Positions 8,907-17,686 of a DNA stretch of 64,000 nt are shown here, in pieces. The stretch lies in contig CADCJS010000004.1 of the NCBI GenBank assembly GCA_902801825.1, positions 468 to 64,467 of the forward strand, read 5' to 3'. This DNA is from an uncultured Erysipelotrichaceae bacterium. GTDB lineage: Bacteria > Bacillota_I > Bacilli_A > RF39 > UBA660. The stretch's first letter is position 1. Each line of letters begins with the position of its first letter. The translations under genes and the position numbers were made by a program. The notes beneath the pieces are model-generated. The model had not been told where the DNA came from and ran no database searches. It saw only the letters and a program-made list of their open reading frames with translations.

Positions 8907-8941
8907 AAAACATATATACTTATCTGTATATATGTTTTTTT
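8907..8941 (+). terminator. Intrinsic terminator
   Basis: AAAACATATATAC / GTATATATGTTTT stem with a 6-nt loop and a T-run. Confidence 0.6.
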
Positions 8942-8987
8942 ATCACACTTCTAGGTATATATCATAATATATATCAAGGAGGATGAA

Positions 8988-10223
8988 ATGAATAATAATG
9001 TTAAAGTAGTTATAGATGCTGGACATGGAGGTAATGATCCTGGGACAAGTGGTAATGGATTAAAAGAAAAAGACTATACATTATTAATTTCACAATATAT
9101 GGCTGAGAGATTAAAAGATTTAGGTTATAATGTTTATTTAACAAGGGAGGAAGATATATCTTTAACTCCTAATGAAAGAGTTAATAGAATTATAAATGCA
9201 TTTGGTAATAACAGTGATGTACTTGTTATTTCTAATCATTTAAATGCTGGAGGTGCCGAAGGTGCAGAAGTAATATATGCACTTAGAAATACTGATGAAT
9301 TATCTAATAAAATATTAAATAATTTAAAGGAAATAGGTAATCCAGTTAGAAAAGCATATCAAAGAAGATTACCAAGTAATCCATCTAAAGATTATTATTT
9401 TATACACAGGAATACAGGTATTACTGAACCAATAATAATAGAATATGGTTTTTTAGATAATGTTAAAGATTCTAAAAGAATAAGAGATAATTATCAAAGA
9501 TTAGTTGAAGAAGTAATAAAAGCTATTAGTGAATATAAAAATGTCCCTTATAGTGCACCTAGTATATCTAATACTTACAGAGTAAAAAACGGTGATACTC
9601 TTTGGTCTATCGCTAAAAAATTTAATACGACACCATTAGAATTAAAAAAAATAAATAATTTAAATAATAATTTATTATATATTAATCAAATTTTAAAAGT
9701 ACCTGATTTTATAGAAACTATAGATACTAATATTAATTATGTAGTTAAAAATAATGATACTTTATATTCTATATCTAAAATGTTTAATGTTACAGTTGAT
9801 TCAATAAAAAGTAATAATAATCTAACAACAGATATATTATCTGTAGGACAAATATTAAATATACCTGTAGGAGAATCAAATGTATTAGTAAAAGAAGATA
9901 CTAAGTCTGATACTACTAATTCTTATATAGTAAAAAATGGTGATACATTATATTCAATCGCAAAAGAAAATAATACTACAGTAAATACTATTAAAGAATT
10001 AAATAATTTAATAGATGATGTATTAAAAATAGGAATGATTTTATTATTACCAACTAATAATATAGAAGAAATAATTACTCACACAGTTGTAAGTGGAGAC
10101 AGTTTATGGTCTATATCAAAAACATATAATACTACTATAGATTTAATAAAATCTTTAAATAATTTAACAACAGATTTATTAAATGTAGGTCAAGAATTAA
10201 AAGTTAAGAGAAATACCAAATAA
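8988..10223 (+). CDS. N-acetylmuramoyl-L-alanine amidase (Amidase_3) with four LysM repeats
   Basis: VVIDAGHGGNDPG at the N-terminus. Four repeats of the Y-V/R-VKNGDTL-W/YSIAK type. AAGGAGG RBS. Confidence 0.85.
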   Translation: MNNNVKVVIDAGHGGNDPGTSGNGLKEKDYTLLISQYMAERLKDLGYNVYLTREEDISLTPNERVNRIINAFGNNSDVLVISNHLNAGGAEGAEVIYALRNTDELSNKILNNLKEIGNPVRKAYQRRLPSNPSKDYYFIHRNTGITEPIIIEYGFLDNVKDSKRIRDNYQRLVEEVIKAISEYKNVPYSAPSISNTYRVKNGDTLWSIAKKFNTTPLELKKINNLNNNLLYINQILKVPDFIETIDTNINYVVKNNDTLYSISKMFNVTVDSIKSNNNLTTDILSVGQILNIPVGESNVLVKEDTKSDTTNSYIVKNGDTLYSIAKENNTTVNTIKELNNLIDDVLKIGMILLLPTNNIEEIITHTVVSGDSLWSISKTYNTTIDLIKSLNNLTTDLLNVGQELKVKRNTK

Positions 10224-10275
10224 AGGTATTTTTTTATTTAAAAATATGAGATAATAAAAATAATAAGGAGGCAAT

Positions 10276-10989
10276 ATGAAAAATAAAAAAGTAATAATAT
10301 ATATTCTAGTAATAATTATAATTTTATTTTTAATAAGTATTTTAATAATAAATAGTATTAAAACAAGAAATAATCATTTAAAATTTAAAACTGAATATGA
10401 AAGTCTAAATAATAAAACAGCATTTAAAGATACTAAATATAGAGAAATAACTATTCCCAAAGATAATCCATTTATATATTCTTCTATGGAAGAAGTAATA
10501 GATAAAATGGATAAAAAACAAACTTTTATAGTATACTTTGGAGCGAATTGGTGTCCTTGGTGTAGAAGTGTTATTAATAATTTTATAGATATATCAAAAG
10601 AAAATAATATAGATAAAGTATATTATATAGATGTAAGAAAAGATAATAACATGGATAATGAAATAAGAAATGTATACTCATTAGATAATAGATCAAATAT
10701 ATATTTATCTCATAAAGGAACAGAAGCATATAATAAATTTATAGATAGAGCTAGTGACATTTTACCCGCATATTCTCATGGAGATGTTAAATCTTTAGAA
10801 GGAACAAAATATCAAGGAGAAAAAAGAGTAGGTGCTCCTAATTTCATAATCATCAAAAAAGGAGAACCTACATATATGACAACAGGTATAAGTAAAAAAC
10901 AAACTGAACCAACTATGAAACTAACTAAAGAAATAAAAAAGGATACTGAAAATAAATTTAAAAAATTCTATAAAATATATAAAAAATAA
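10276..10989 (+). CDS. Membrane-anchored thioredoxin-like protein (WCPWC)
   Basis: N-terminal TM helix and a CxxC motif in a FGANWCPWC context. Confidence 0.55.
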   Translation: MKNKKVIIYILVIIIILFLISILIINSIKTRNNHLKFKTEYESLNNKTAFKDTKYREITIPKDNPFIYSSMEEVIDKMDKKQTFIVYFGANWCPWCRSVINNFIDISKENNIDKVYYIDVRKDNNMDNEIRNVYSLDNRSNIYLSHKGTEAYNKFIDRASDILPAYSHGDVKSLEGTKYQGEKRVGAPNFIIIKKGEPTYMTTGISKKQTEPTMKLTKEIKKDTENKFKKFYKIYKK

Positions 10990-10990
10990 A

Positions 10991-11016
10991 AAGATACTTT
11001 AAATAGTATCTTTTTT
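10991..11016 (+). terminator. Intrinsic terminator
   Basis: AAGATACT / AGTATCTT stem followed by a T-run. Confidence 0.7.
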
Positions 11017-11038
11017 ATGTTATAATTATATTGCTTTT

Positions 11039-11112
11039 GGGGGATTAGTTAAATGGTATAATAATGGTCTCCAAAACCACTGTTGGGAGTTCGATTCTCT
11101 CATCCCCTGCCA
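11039..11112 (+). tRNA. tRNA-Trp: tRNA-Trp (anticodon CCA)
   Basis: Acceptor GGGGGAT / ATCCCCT, anticodon loop CTCCAAA, T-loop TTCGATT, encoded CCA end. Confidence 0.9.
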
Positions 11113-11123
11113 TTTAGAAAATT

Positions 11124-11151
11124 AAAACACTAACTATTTAGTTAGTGTTTT
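11124..11151. repeat. Terminator hairpin, copy A of a three-copy family (AAACACTAAC-N6-GTTAGTGTTT)
   Basis: Perfect 11-bp stem with an A-run and a T-run on either side (bidirectional). It overlaps the last codons of the minus-strand gene. Confidence 0.8.
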
Positions 11152-11490
11152 TTCATCTCTTATTATCACATGTTCAAAATATTGCTCTTGAAATTCTGTT
11201 AAAGCATTTATTGCATCATTAGAATAATATTTTCCTACAGGCGCAACAACAAGCTTATCGTCATTGTCATTAGTTCTATGTATTATTGCAATGCATTCTC
11301 CTTCATATTCTTCTACTGGTTCAAATACTCCTAGAAGGTAAGCGTCTAATTCTTCACCATCACCACTTATAGTATTAGGAACATATCCATAATTAACTGG
11401 GTATATGAATCCGTGTTTAGGATGTTTTGTTCCAAATGGTCGATCCATTTTAATTTTTATAATTTTTCCTAAATATTGTTTACTATCCAT
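11134..11490 (-). CDS. Inorganic pyrophosphatase family protein (short, 118 aa)
   Basis: YPVNYGYVPNT, DGEELDAYLLG and DDKLVVAP resemble the family I PPase core. Confidence 0.65.
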   Translation of the reverse strand: MDSKQYLGKIIKIKMDRPFGTKHPKHGFIYPVNYGYVPNTISGDGEELDAYLLGVFEPVEEYEGECIAIIHRTNDNDDKLVVAPVGKYYSNDAINALTEFQEQYFEHVIIRDEKTLTK

Positions 11491-11611
11491 AGTATCCCTC
11501 CTTATTAAATTAATTATATACTAAATTGTTAGTTAATGCTATAATTTATATATATCAAGTTTTATCTCATTTTTTCGTAAACGTTCATAAAGAGCGTGCC
11601 ATTTAAAAATT

Positions 11612-11640
11612 AAACACTAACTTAATTGTTAGTGTTTTTT
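11612..11640. repeat. Terminator hairpin, copy B
   Basis: AAACACTAACTTAATTGTTAGTGTTTTTT, identical to copy C. The upstream TGCCATTTAAAAATTAAA mirrors the tRNA-Trp 3' end and flank. Confidence 0.8.
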
Positions 11641-11643
11641 CTA

Positions 11644-11671
11644 TTGACAAAAAGAATTTTTTATGTATAAT
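11644..11671 (+). promoter_or_regulatory. Sigma-A type promoter (TTGACA-16-TATAAT) for the ABC transporter leader
   Basis: TTGACA at 11644-11649 and TATAAT at 11666-11671. Confidence 0.6.
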
Positions 11672-11707
11672 TGTTATACAAGTGAGGAGATATAAACAAT
11701 ACTATGT

Positions 11708-11776
11708 GAGCTATCTCGGGTGAAGAGCCTACACAATATAATTGGAGTCACGAATTATTATTCGTGGCTTTTTTTC
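11708..11776 (+). promoter_or_regulatory. Leader RNA element 1 (conserved motif plus intrinsic terminator)
   Basis: GAGCTA-N4-GGG-N-GA ... TACAC ... GGAGTCAC. This is followed by the stem GTCACGAAT / ATTCGTGGC and a T-run. Confidence 0.5.
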
Positions 11777-11865
11777 TTTTTTTAAAGGTACGAATAAGGG
11801 AAGGAGGTAAAACAAAAGTTTTAGTATATTATTAATATTTAAAGGTGAGTATGTATAAGTTTAAC

Positions 11866-11945
11866 GAGCTACATAGGGAGAAATCTTACACGTCTTAGGT
11901 ACGGAGTCACTTTCACATTTGTGAGGGTGACTATGTGCTTTTTTT
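11866..11945 (+). promoter_or_regulatory. Leader RNA element 2 (second copy of the same motif plus hairpin)
   Basis: Same ordered blocks: GAGCTA, GGG-N-GA, TACAC, GGAGTCAC. Then a 13-bp stem (11905-11917 pairs with 11920-11932) and a T-run at 11939-11945. Confidence 0.5.
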
Positions 11946-11970
11946 AATATATAATAGAAAGGGTGATAAT

Positions 11971-12951
11971 ATGAAACTAATAGATATAAAAGGATTAACA
12001 AAAGATTATAAATATATAGAAAAAGATGAAAATAAGGGTTTTATATATAATTTATTTAATGGTAAAGAAAAAATAAAAAGAGCAGTTGATAATATAACTT
12101 TTTCTGTTGATGAAGGAGAAGCTATTGCTTTTATAGGTCCTAATGGTGCTGGTAAAAGTACTACAATTAAAATGCTTTCTGGTATTATTTATCCTACAAA
12201 AGGATCTATTAAAATAAACGGCTTAACTCCTATTAAAGATAGAGAAAAATTATCATATCAAATTGGATGTGTATTTGGACAACGTAGTCAACTTCTTCCT
12301 AATTTACCTTTAACTGAAAGTATGTACATGTTTGGTGCTATGTACAATATGAATAAAAAAGATATTAAAAAAAGAATTAAAGAATTATCTGAATTATTTG
12401 ATTTAAATGAATTTATAAATCAACCAGTAAGAAAACTATCTTTAGGCCAAAGAATGAGAGCTGAAATTGCACTTTCTTTAATACATAGACCAAAACTAAT
12501 CTTTTTAGATGAACCTACTATTGGATTAGATGTAGTTGCTAAAAAGAAATTAAGAGATTTATTTATTAAAATTAATAAAGAAGAAAAAATAACTATATTC
12601 TTAACAAGTCATGATACTGAAGATATTCAAAGTATTTGTGATAGATGTATTATTATTAATCATGGTAAAATTGTAATAGATGAACCAACTAATAGACTTA
12701 TGAAAGATTATGTGAAAAATAAAACTATAACAATAACACCCAATAGTTCATTTATTGAATTTCCAAATCTTTTAAAAGGAATGAAATATATATCAAAAGA
12801 TAAAGATCAAATAATAATAGAAGTAAATACAGATATAATTAATACTCAAGAAGTACTTCAATTTTTAACAAAAAAATTAGATATAGATGACATAATTATT
12901 GATAATGAATCATTAGAAAGTGTAATTAGGGGTATTTATGAAAAAATTTAA
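11971..12951 (+). CDS. ABC transporter ATP-binding protein
   Basis: GPNGAGKST, LSLGQRMR, LIFLDEPTIGLD. GGGTGA RBS before the ATG at 11971. Confidence 0.9.
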   Translation: MKLIDIKGLTKDYKYIEKDENKGFIYNLFNGKEKIKRAVDNITFSVDEGEAIAFIGPNGAGKSTTIKMLSGIIYPTKGSIKINGLTPIKDREKLSYQIGCVFGQRSQLLPNLPLTESMYMFGAMYNMNKKDIKKRIKELSELFDLNEFINQPVRKLSLGQRMRAEIALSLIHRPKLIFLDEPTIGLDVVAKKKLRDLFIKINKEEKITIFLTSHDTEDIQSICDRCIIINHGKIVIDEPTNRLMKDYVKNKTITITPNSSFIEFPNLLKGMKYISKDKDQIIIEVNTDIINTQEVLQFLTKKLDIDDIIIDNESLESVIRGIYEKI

Positions 12952-13735
12952 GTTTTCTATTGAAGTAATAAAAATATTTATGCATAATCAAATACAAGAT
13001 AAATCAAATTTATTACTTGATATGTTTAATATGTTTTCTAGATGTTTTATAGTATTCTTACTTTATGCATATATATTTAAATTAAAAGGTGGAGTTGTTA
13101 ATGGAGTAGATTATAAAACAACTATGTACAGTATGTTTATATATTTTTGTATAATGATTCTAAATATTAGAAGAATAGATCAATTAATAATGAATGATGT
13201 TAAAAGTGGAAGTGTAGAATTATATATGAATAAACCTGTAAGTTACTTATTTATTACTTTTTATAAAACAATAGGTAAAGGATTATCTTCATTTTTAATT
13301 ATAAGTATTATTGGTACTATTCTAATGATTACATGCTTAGGTGTTCCTAATTTAAATTTATCTATATTTATTCCTAGCTTTATAATTACTTTGATACTTG
13401 GTCAAATACTTGGTTTAATAATCTATTCTATAGTAGGTATTGCCTCTTTCTTTATTGTAGATAATAGACCAATACACTGGATAGTAGATAAATTTGTAAT
13501 GATTTTAGGAGGTAGTTATTTACCAATAAGTATGTTTCCTCCTTTGATGAAAAAATTAGCATATATAAGTCCTTTTGGTGCGATAAACTTTGCAACTAGT
13601 ACAGTTTATGATTCATGGAATTATGAATTCATTAAAAGAATTGGATTACAAATAATATGGATATTAGTATTTGTATTTATATTAAATATAATTTATAAAA
13701 AAGCTAAAGAAAAAACTATGATAAATGGAGGTTAA
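12938..13735 (+). CDS. ABC-2 type transporter permease
   Basis: Polytopic membrane protein that overlaps the ATPase gene. Confidence 0.6.
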   Translation: MKKFKFSIEVIKIFMHNQIQDKSNLLLDMFNMFSRCFIVFLLYAYIFKLKGGVVNGVDYKTTMYSMFIYFCIMILNIRRIDQLIMNDVKSGSVELYMNKPVSYLFITFYKTIGKGLSSFLIISIIGTILMITCLGVPNLNLSIFIPSFIITLILGQILGLIIYSIVGIASFFIVDNRPIHWIVDKFVMILGGSYLPISMFPPLMKKLAYISPFGAINFATSTVYDSWNYEFIKRIGLQIIWILVFVFILNIIYKKAKEKTMINGG

Positions 13736-13736
13736 A

Positions 13737-14531
13737 ATGATAAAAAATTTAAAATTAGCATTTTTAAATATTCATATGAATATAAAAAATGCAAAAGAAT
13801 TAAAAATTTCATTTATTATTTCTATTTTAGGAATGATACTTAATAATATATCATTTTTAATCTTATGGTATTATTTTGGAAAATCTGTAGGAATAATAAA
13901 TGGATGGGAACCAACTGATATATTTGGACTTTATGGTATTAGTGGGGCTTCTTATGGTATTATTATGGCTTTCTTTGCTGGAATAATACAAATACCAACA
14001 TATATATCTAGTGGTATATTTGATAAATATTTAACATCTCCAAAAAGCATTCTTATGAAAGTATCAACTTCAAAAGTATCAACTTCTGCTATAGGAGATC
14101 TAATATATGGAATTATTTGCTTTACAATATTTGCTATAATTCAAAAATTATCTATATTTAAAATACTATTATCACTATATTTAGTTATTTTATCTAGTAT
14201 TATATTTTATTCATTTTTCTTAGTAGCAATGAGTATATCATTTTATTTAATGGATGGAGAAAATGTATCATCAGGATTAACTAATATATTTGTTTCTAAT
14301 TCACTATATCATGGTGGAGCTTTTACTGGAATTCTTAGATTTGTATTTATTTTTATAATACCATCTCTTTTATTAGGAACTATTCCAGTAGAAATAATAA
14401 AAACACTATCTTTAAGTAAATTTATAATAATTACAATTTGTACTATTATATGGTTATATTTTTCTATTAAGTTTTTCTATAAATCTTTAAAGAAATATAA
14501 TAGTAATAGTTTATTTGGTTTTGGTAATTAA
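13737..14531 (+). CDS. ABC-2 type transporter permease (second subunit)
   Basis: Polytopic membrane protein. GGAGG RBS before the ATG at 13737. Confidence 0.6.
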   Translation: MIKNLKLAFLNIHMNIKNAKELKISFIISILGMILNNISFLILWYYFGKSVGIINGWEPTDIFGLYGISGASYGIIMAFFAGIIQIPTYISSGIFDKYLTSPKSILMKVSTSKVSTSAIGDLIYGIICFTIFAIIQKLSIFKILLSLYLVILSSIIFYSFFLVAMSISFYLMDGENVSSGLTNIFVSNSLYHGGAFTGILRFVFIFIIPSLLLGTIPVEIIKTLSLSKFIIITICTIIWLYFSIKFFYKSLKKYNSNSLFGFGN

Positions 14532-14535
14532 TATT

Positions 14536-14566
14536 AAAACACTAACTTAATTGTTAGTGTTTTTTT
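14536..14566. repeat. Terminator hairpin, copy C
   Basis: AAAACACTAACTTAATTGTTAGTGTTTTTTT between convergent genes. It supplies the last codons of the ABC-F gene. Confidence 0.8.
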
Positions 14567-16157
14567 CTAAATAATGTTCTTTAAAAAAATCATAATTACC
14601 TACATATTCTTTTAATCTGTTGTTATTAATAAATAATATCTTATTAGCTATTTCATTAATAAAGAATCTATCATGTGAAATAAATAATAATGTACCTTTA
14701 TAATCTTTTAATGAATTTTCTAAAGTCTCTTTAGTATAAATATCTAAATGATTAGTAGGTTCATCTAAAATAATAAAATTACTATTATTATTAATTAATT
14801 CAAATAATTTTAATCTAACTTTTTCTCCACCGGATAAACTATTAACTTTTTTAAATACATTTTTTCCATAAAAATAAAATTTACTTAATGCACTCCTTAG
14901 ATGTGATTCTTCACCAATATAGAATTTTCTGGCATAATCATATACTGTAATATCATTATCAAATTCTATTATTTGTGGTATATATCCTATTTTTAAATTA
15001 CTTCCTAAAAATTCTTTATTATTTATTATTTGTTTAATTAAAGTAGATTTACCAGTTCCATTATTACCTAATATACATACTTTATCACCATAATTAATAA
15101 TAATATTTATATCTTTAATTAGTAATTTATCTTTGATATATAAATCATAATCTTTAATAACTAATACATCTTTTGAAGATCTATTCTCTTGTATTAAATT
15201 AATAGGTAATTCTTTTTTTTCTACTGGCTTATCAATTAATTCTAATCTATTTAATCTTTTTCTTATGTTTTCAGCCCTTCTATAGAAAGGTTCTCCACCA
15301 GGATACGCTAATCTACCAAAATCTTCTAATTGTTTTATTTTTTTCTTCATTGCTGATATTAATTTTTGTTGATCCTTATATTCAATAAATTCTTTTTCTA
15401 ATCTTTTTTCGTTTTCTTTTAAATAAAATGAATAATTACCTGGAAATATAATACTTTTACCATTTTCAATTAGTATTGTTTTATTACATATTTTATTTAA
15501 AAAATATCTATCATGTGAAACAATTAAAATAGTTCCTTTATAATTATTTAAATATATTTCTAACCACTCAATTGTATCAATATCAAGGTGATTAGTAGGT
15601 TCATCTAATATTAATATATTTGGATTTTGAATTATTATAGATGCGAGTAAAACTCTTTTTTGTTCCCCACCAGATAATTCATTAAAATCTTTATCAAAAA
15701 AATTCTTTATTTTAAATGCATTTGCTATTTTTTCTATCTTTGTATCTATTTCATAACCACCAATTGAAATAAATTTTTCTTGAAACTTTAAATATTTATT
15801 AATTACAGATATATCATTAGGTTTATTTATCATCATTTTTTCATATTTATTCATTAACTTATTGATATCATTTATTTCTTTTAAACTAGTATATATTATT
15901 TCCTTAACAGTTCTATTATTATAAATTATTTCTTGATTTTGAGATAAATACCCAATAGTACTACCTTTTCTTATAGTTATATTTCCACTATCAATTACTT
16001 CGTTTCCTATTATTAATTCTAATATAGTTGTTTTTCCACAACCATTTTCACCAATAAGTGATACTTTATCACCTGTTTTTATATCAAAATTGATATTTTT
16101 TAATATATTGTTATATCCAAATGTTTTTTGAATATTATTTAAACTTATTTCTATCAT
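14547..16157 (-). CDS. ABC-F family ATPase (two ABC domains, no TM). Candidate ribosome-protection (ARE-like) type.
   Basis: GENGCGKTT / LSGGEQ / LILDEPTNHLD, then GNNGTGKST / LSGGEK / IILDEPTNHLD. Charged interdomain linker. Attenuator-type leader upstream. Confidence 0.85.
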   Translation of the reverse strand: MIEISLNNIQKTFGYNNILKNINFDIKTGDKVSLIGENGCGKTTILELIIGNEVIDSGNITIRKGSTIGYLSQNQEIIYNNRTVKEIIYTSLKEINDINKLMNKYEKMMINKPNDISVINKYLKFQEKFISIGGYEIDTKIEKIANAFKIKNFFDKDFNELSGGEQKRVLLASIIIQNPNILILDEPTNHLDIDTIEWLEIYLNNYKGTILIVSHDRYFLNKICNKTILIENGKSIIFPGNYSFYLKENEKRLEKEFIEYKDQQKLISAMKKKIKQLEDFGRLAYPGGEPFYRRAENIRKRLNRLELIDKPVEKKELPINLIQENRSSKDVLVIKDYDLYIKDKLLIKDINIIINYGDKVCILGNNGTGKSTLIKQIINNKEFLGSNLKIGYIPQIIEFDNDITVYDYARKFYIGEESHLRSALSKFYFYGKNVFKKVNSLSGGEKVRLKLFELINNNSNFIILDEPTNHLDIYTKETLENSLKDYKGTLLFISHDRFFINEIANKILFINNNRLKEYVGNYDFFKEHYLEKNTNN

Positions 16158-16185
16158 AATCTATTACCTTCCTTTAATTTTATAT

Positions 16186-16384
16186 AAAAAAACCAAATGA
16201 GCATGCTTACACCCATTTGGCGGATGCAGGCACGACAAAACAGTCATACCTGCAAATAGATTTTTTAAAAAATACTTACAGATATGACTATGTTAAAATA
16301 TACATGATTGTTCTTTCAAAATAATTTAACATAATCTTTCTCCTTTTCAATGAAAATTATAGTATTATTTTTTATATATGTCAA
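16186..16384 (-). promoter_or_regulatory. Promoter, uORF and terminator attenuator leader of the ABC-F gene
   Basis: On the minus strand: TTGACA (16384-16379), a 17-nt spacer, TATAAT (16361-16356). Hairpin 16253-16226. Terminator stem 16220-16193 followed by a U-run at 16192-16186. Confidence 0.7.
16288..16332 (-). CDS. Leader peptide uORF (14 aa, MLNYFERTIMYILT)
   Basis: AAAGGAGA RBS 6 nt upstream of the ATG. Lies between the promoter and the terminator hairpins. Confidence 0.5.
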   Translation of the reverse strand: MLNYFERTIMYILT

Positions 16385-16435
16385 ATAAAAGTAATAATTA
16401 TAAAAATAAAACATAATATATTCTAGGTGAATATA

Positions 16436-16891
16436 ATGGAACTTAAAGTTCAAGGAAAAAATAAATATTATTCTGAATTATTAAAAAAACAAGTAGAAGA
16501 ATCTAATGGAGAATTAGAATTATTTTTAATTTTTAATACTCAATCTTTAAATCAATACTTAAATGATACTAATTTATTTACTAATTTAAAGCAAATTGGG
16601 TATGAATCACTCAACCATTATGAAACACTAGGTAAGGTTATCCAAATGTTAGGTGGTAATATTAGTTTGAATGACATTATGATTGAGAAAAAATATAAAG
16701 AAAATGATATAAATAAAGTATTAGAAACAGATATTAGGAAGATAAAAGAACGTATAATATCTTATAGTAAGATTTTAATTGAAATAAAAGATGAATATAT
16801 TAAGGAAATAATTAATAAATACATAGTTGATTATAGAAATAGTTTAAATATACTAGAAATGCTTCAATTAAAATATAAAAAATATAGATAA
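16436..16891 (+). CDS. Ferritin-like protein of the Mn-catalase / CotJC family (short)
   Basis: NGELELF ... TQS and YESLNHYETLG resemble the di-metal ligand helices (E ... ExxH). Confidence 0.45.
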   Translation: MELKVQGKNKYYSELLKKQVEESNGELELFLIFNTQSLNQYLNDTNLFTNLKQIGYESLNHYETLGKVIQMLGGNISLNDIMIEKKYKENDINKVLETDIRKIKERIISYSKILIEIKDEYIKEIINKYIVDYRNSLNILEMLQLKYKKYR

Positions 16892-16943
16892 TAATTGTAT
16901 TTTTAAATTAATTGTATTATAATTAGTTTGAAAGAGGTAGTAT

Positions 16944-17456
16944 ATGAGAAAGTTAAGATTTGCAGTATTATTTTTAATACTTCTAATGATTCCTTTTGTT
17001 GCAAAAGCTGAATCTAAAAAAATAAATGTATATATATTTAGAGGAGAAGGATGTCCTCATTGTGAAGAGGCATTAGAATTCTTTGATTCATTAGAAAAAG
17101 ATGAAGAATATAGTAAATATTATAATTTAGTAAAATATGAAGTTTGGAATAATAAAGATAATGCTAAATTAATGGAAGAAGTTGCAAAAGCATATGATGA
17201 AGAAGCTAGTGGTGTTCCTTATATTATAATAGGAGAAAAAACATATAGTGGTTATTCTTCAGCAAGTGATGATGAAATAAAAGAAGCTATTAAAACAGCA
17301 TATAATGATAAAGAATATAAAGATATTGTTAAAGAAGTAAAAGAGGGTACATTTAAAAGTGATAAAGATTCTTTACCAGTAGTACCTATAATAATAATTT
17401 CAGTAGTTGCAGTTGCAGTAATCATTTTACTAGTTGTATTTACTAAAGAAGATTAA
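16944..17456 (+). CDS. Secreted, membrane-anchored glutaredoxin/thioredoxin-like protein (CPHC)
   Basis: Signal peptide, GEGCPHCE, GVPYIIIG, C-terminal TM helix. Confidence 0.65.
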   Translation: MRKLRFAVLFLILLMIPFVAKAESKKINVYIFRGEGCPHCEEALEFFDSLEKDEEYSKYYNLVKYEVWNNKDNAKLMEEVAKAYDEEASGVPYIIIGEKTYSGYSSASDDEIKEAIKTAYNDKEYKDIVKEVKEGTFKSDKDSLPVVPIIIISVVAVAVIILLVVFTKED

Positions 17457-17481
17457 AGTTTGATTTATTCAAACTTTTTTT
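17457..17481 (+). terminator. Intrinsic terminator
   Basis: AGTTTGA / TCAAACT stem followed by a T-run. Confidence 0.7.
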
Positions 17482-17526
17482 ATTGTTTGAAAAATTTAAA
17501 TGTGTTAAAATATAAATGTTATGTAT

Positions 17527-17603
17527 GGCTCGTTGGTGAAGTGGTTTAACACACTGCCCTCTCAAGGCAGCATTCATGGGTTCAAATCCCATACGAGTCA
17601 CCA
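17527..17603 (+). tRNA. tRNA-Glu: tRNA-Glu (anticodon CTC)
   Basis: Acceptor GGCTCGT / ACGAGTC, anticodon stem CTGCC / GGCAG with loop CTCTCAA, T-loop TTCAAAT, CCA end. Confidence 0.85.
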
Positions 17604-17620
17604 TATATTAAATAAAAAAT

Positions 17621-17650
17621 AAAACAATTGGCTAATACCAATTGTTTTAT
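17621..17650 (+). terminator. Intrinsic terminator
   Basis: AAAACAATTGG / CCAATTGTTTT stem. Confidence 0.8.
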
Positions 17651-17686
17651 TAATTTTAAAATGATATAATTAATAGAGGTGTTAGA

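Noticed and set aside
8772-8987. Possible c-di-AMP (ydaO-type) riboswitch upstream of the LysM amidase
   Set aside because: The context would fit, but I could not find the conserved ydaO blocks. The region is mostly AT-rich, with two simple terminators.
17527-17603. tRNA-Glu with a CUC rather than a UUC anticodon in a genome dominated by GAA codons
   Set aside because: The cloverleaf is normal, and a UUC isoacceptor is probably encoded elsewhere. It is curious but not anomalous on its own.
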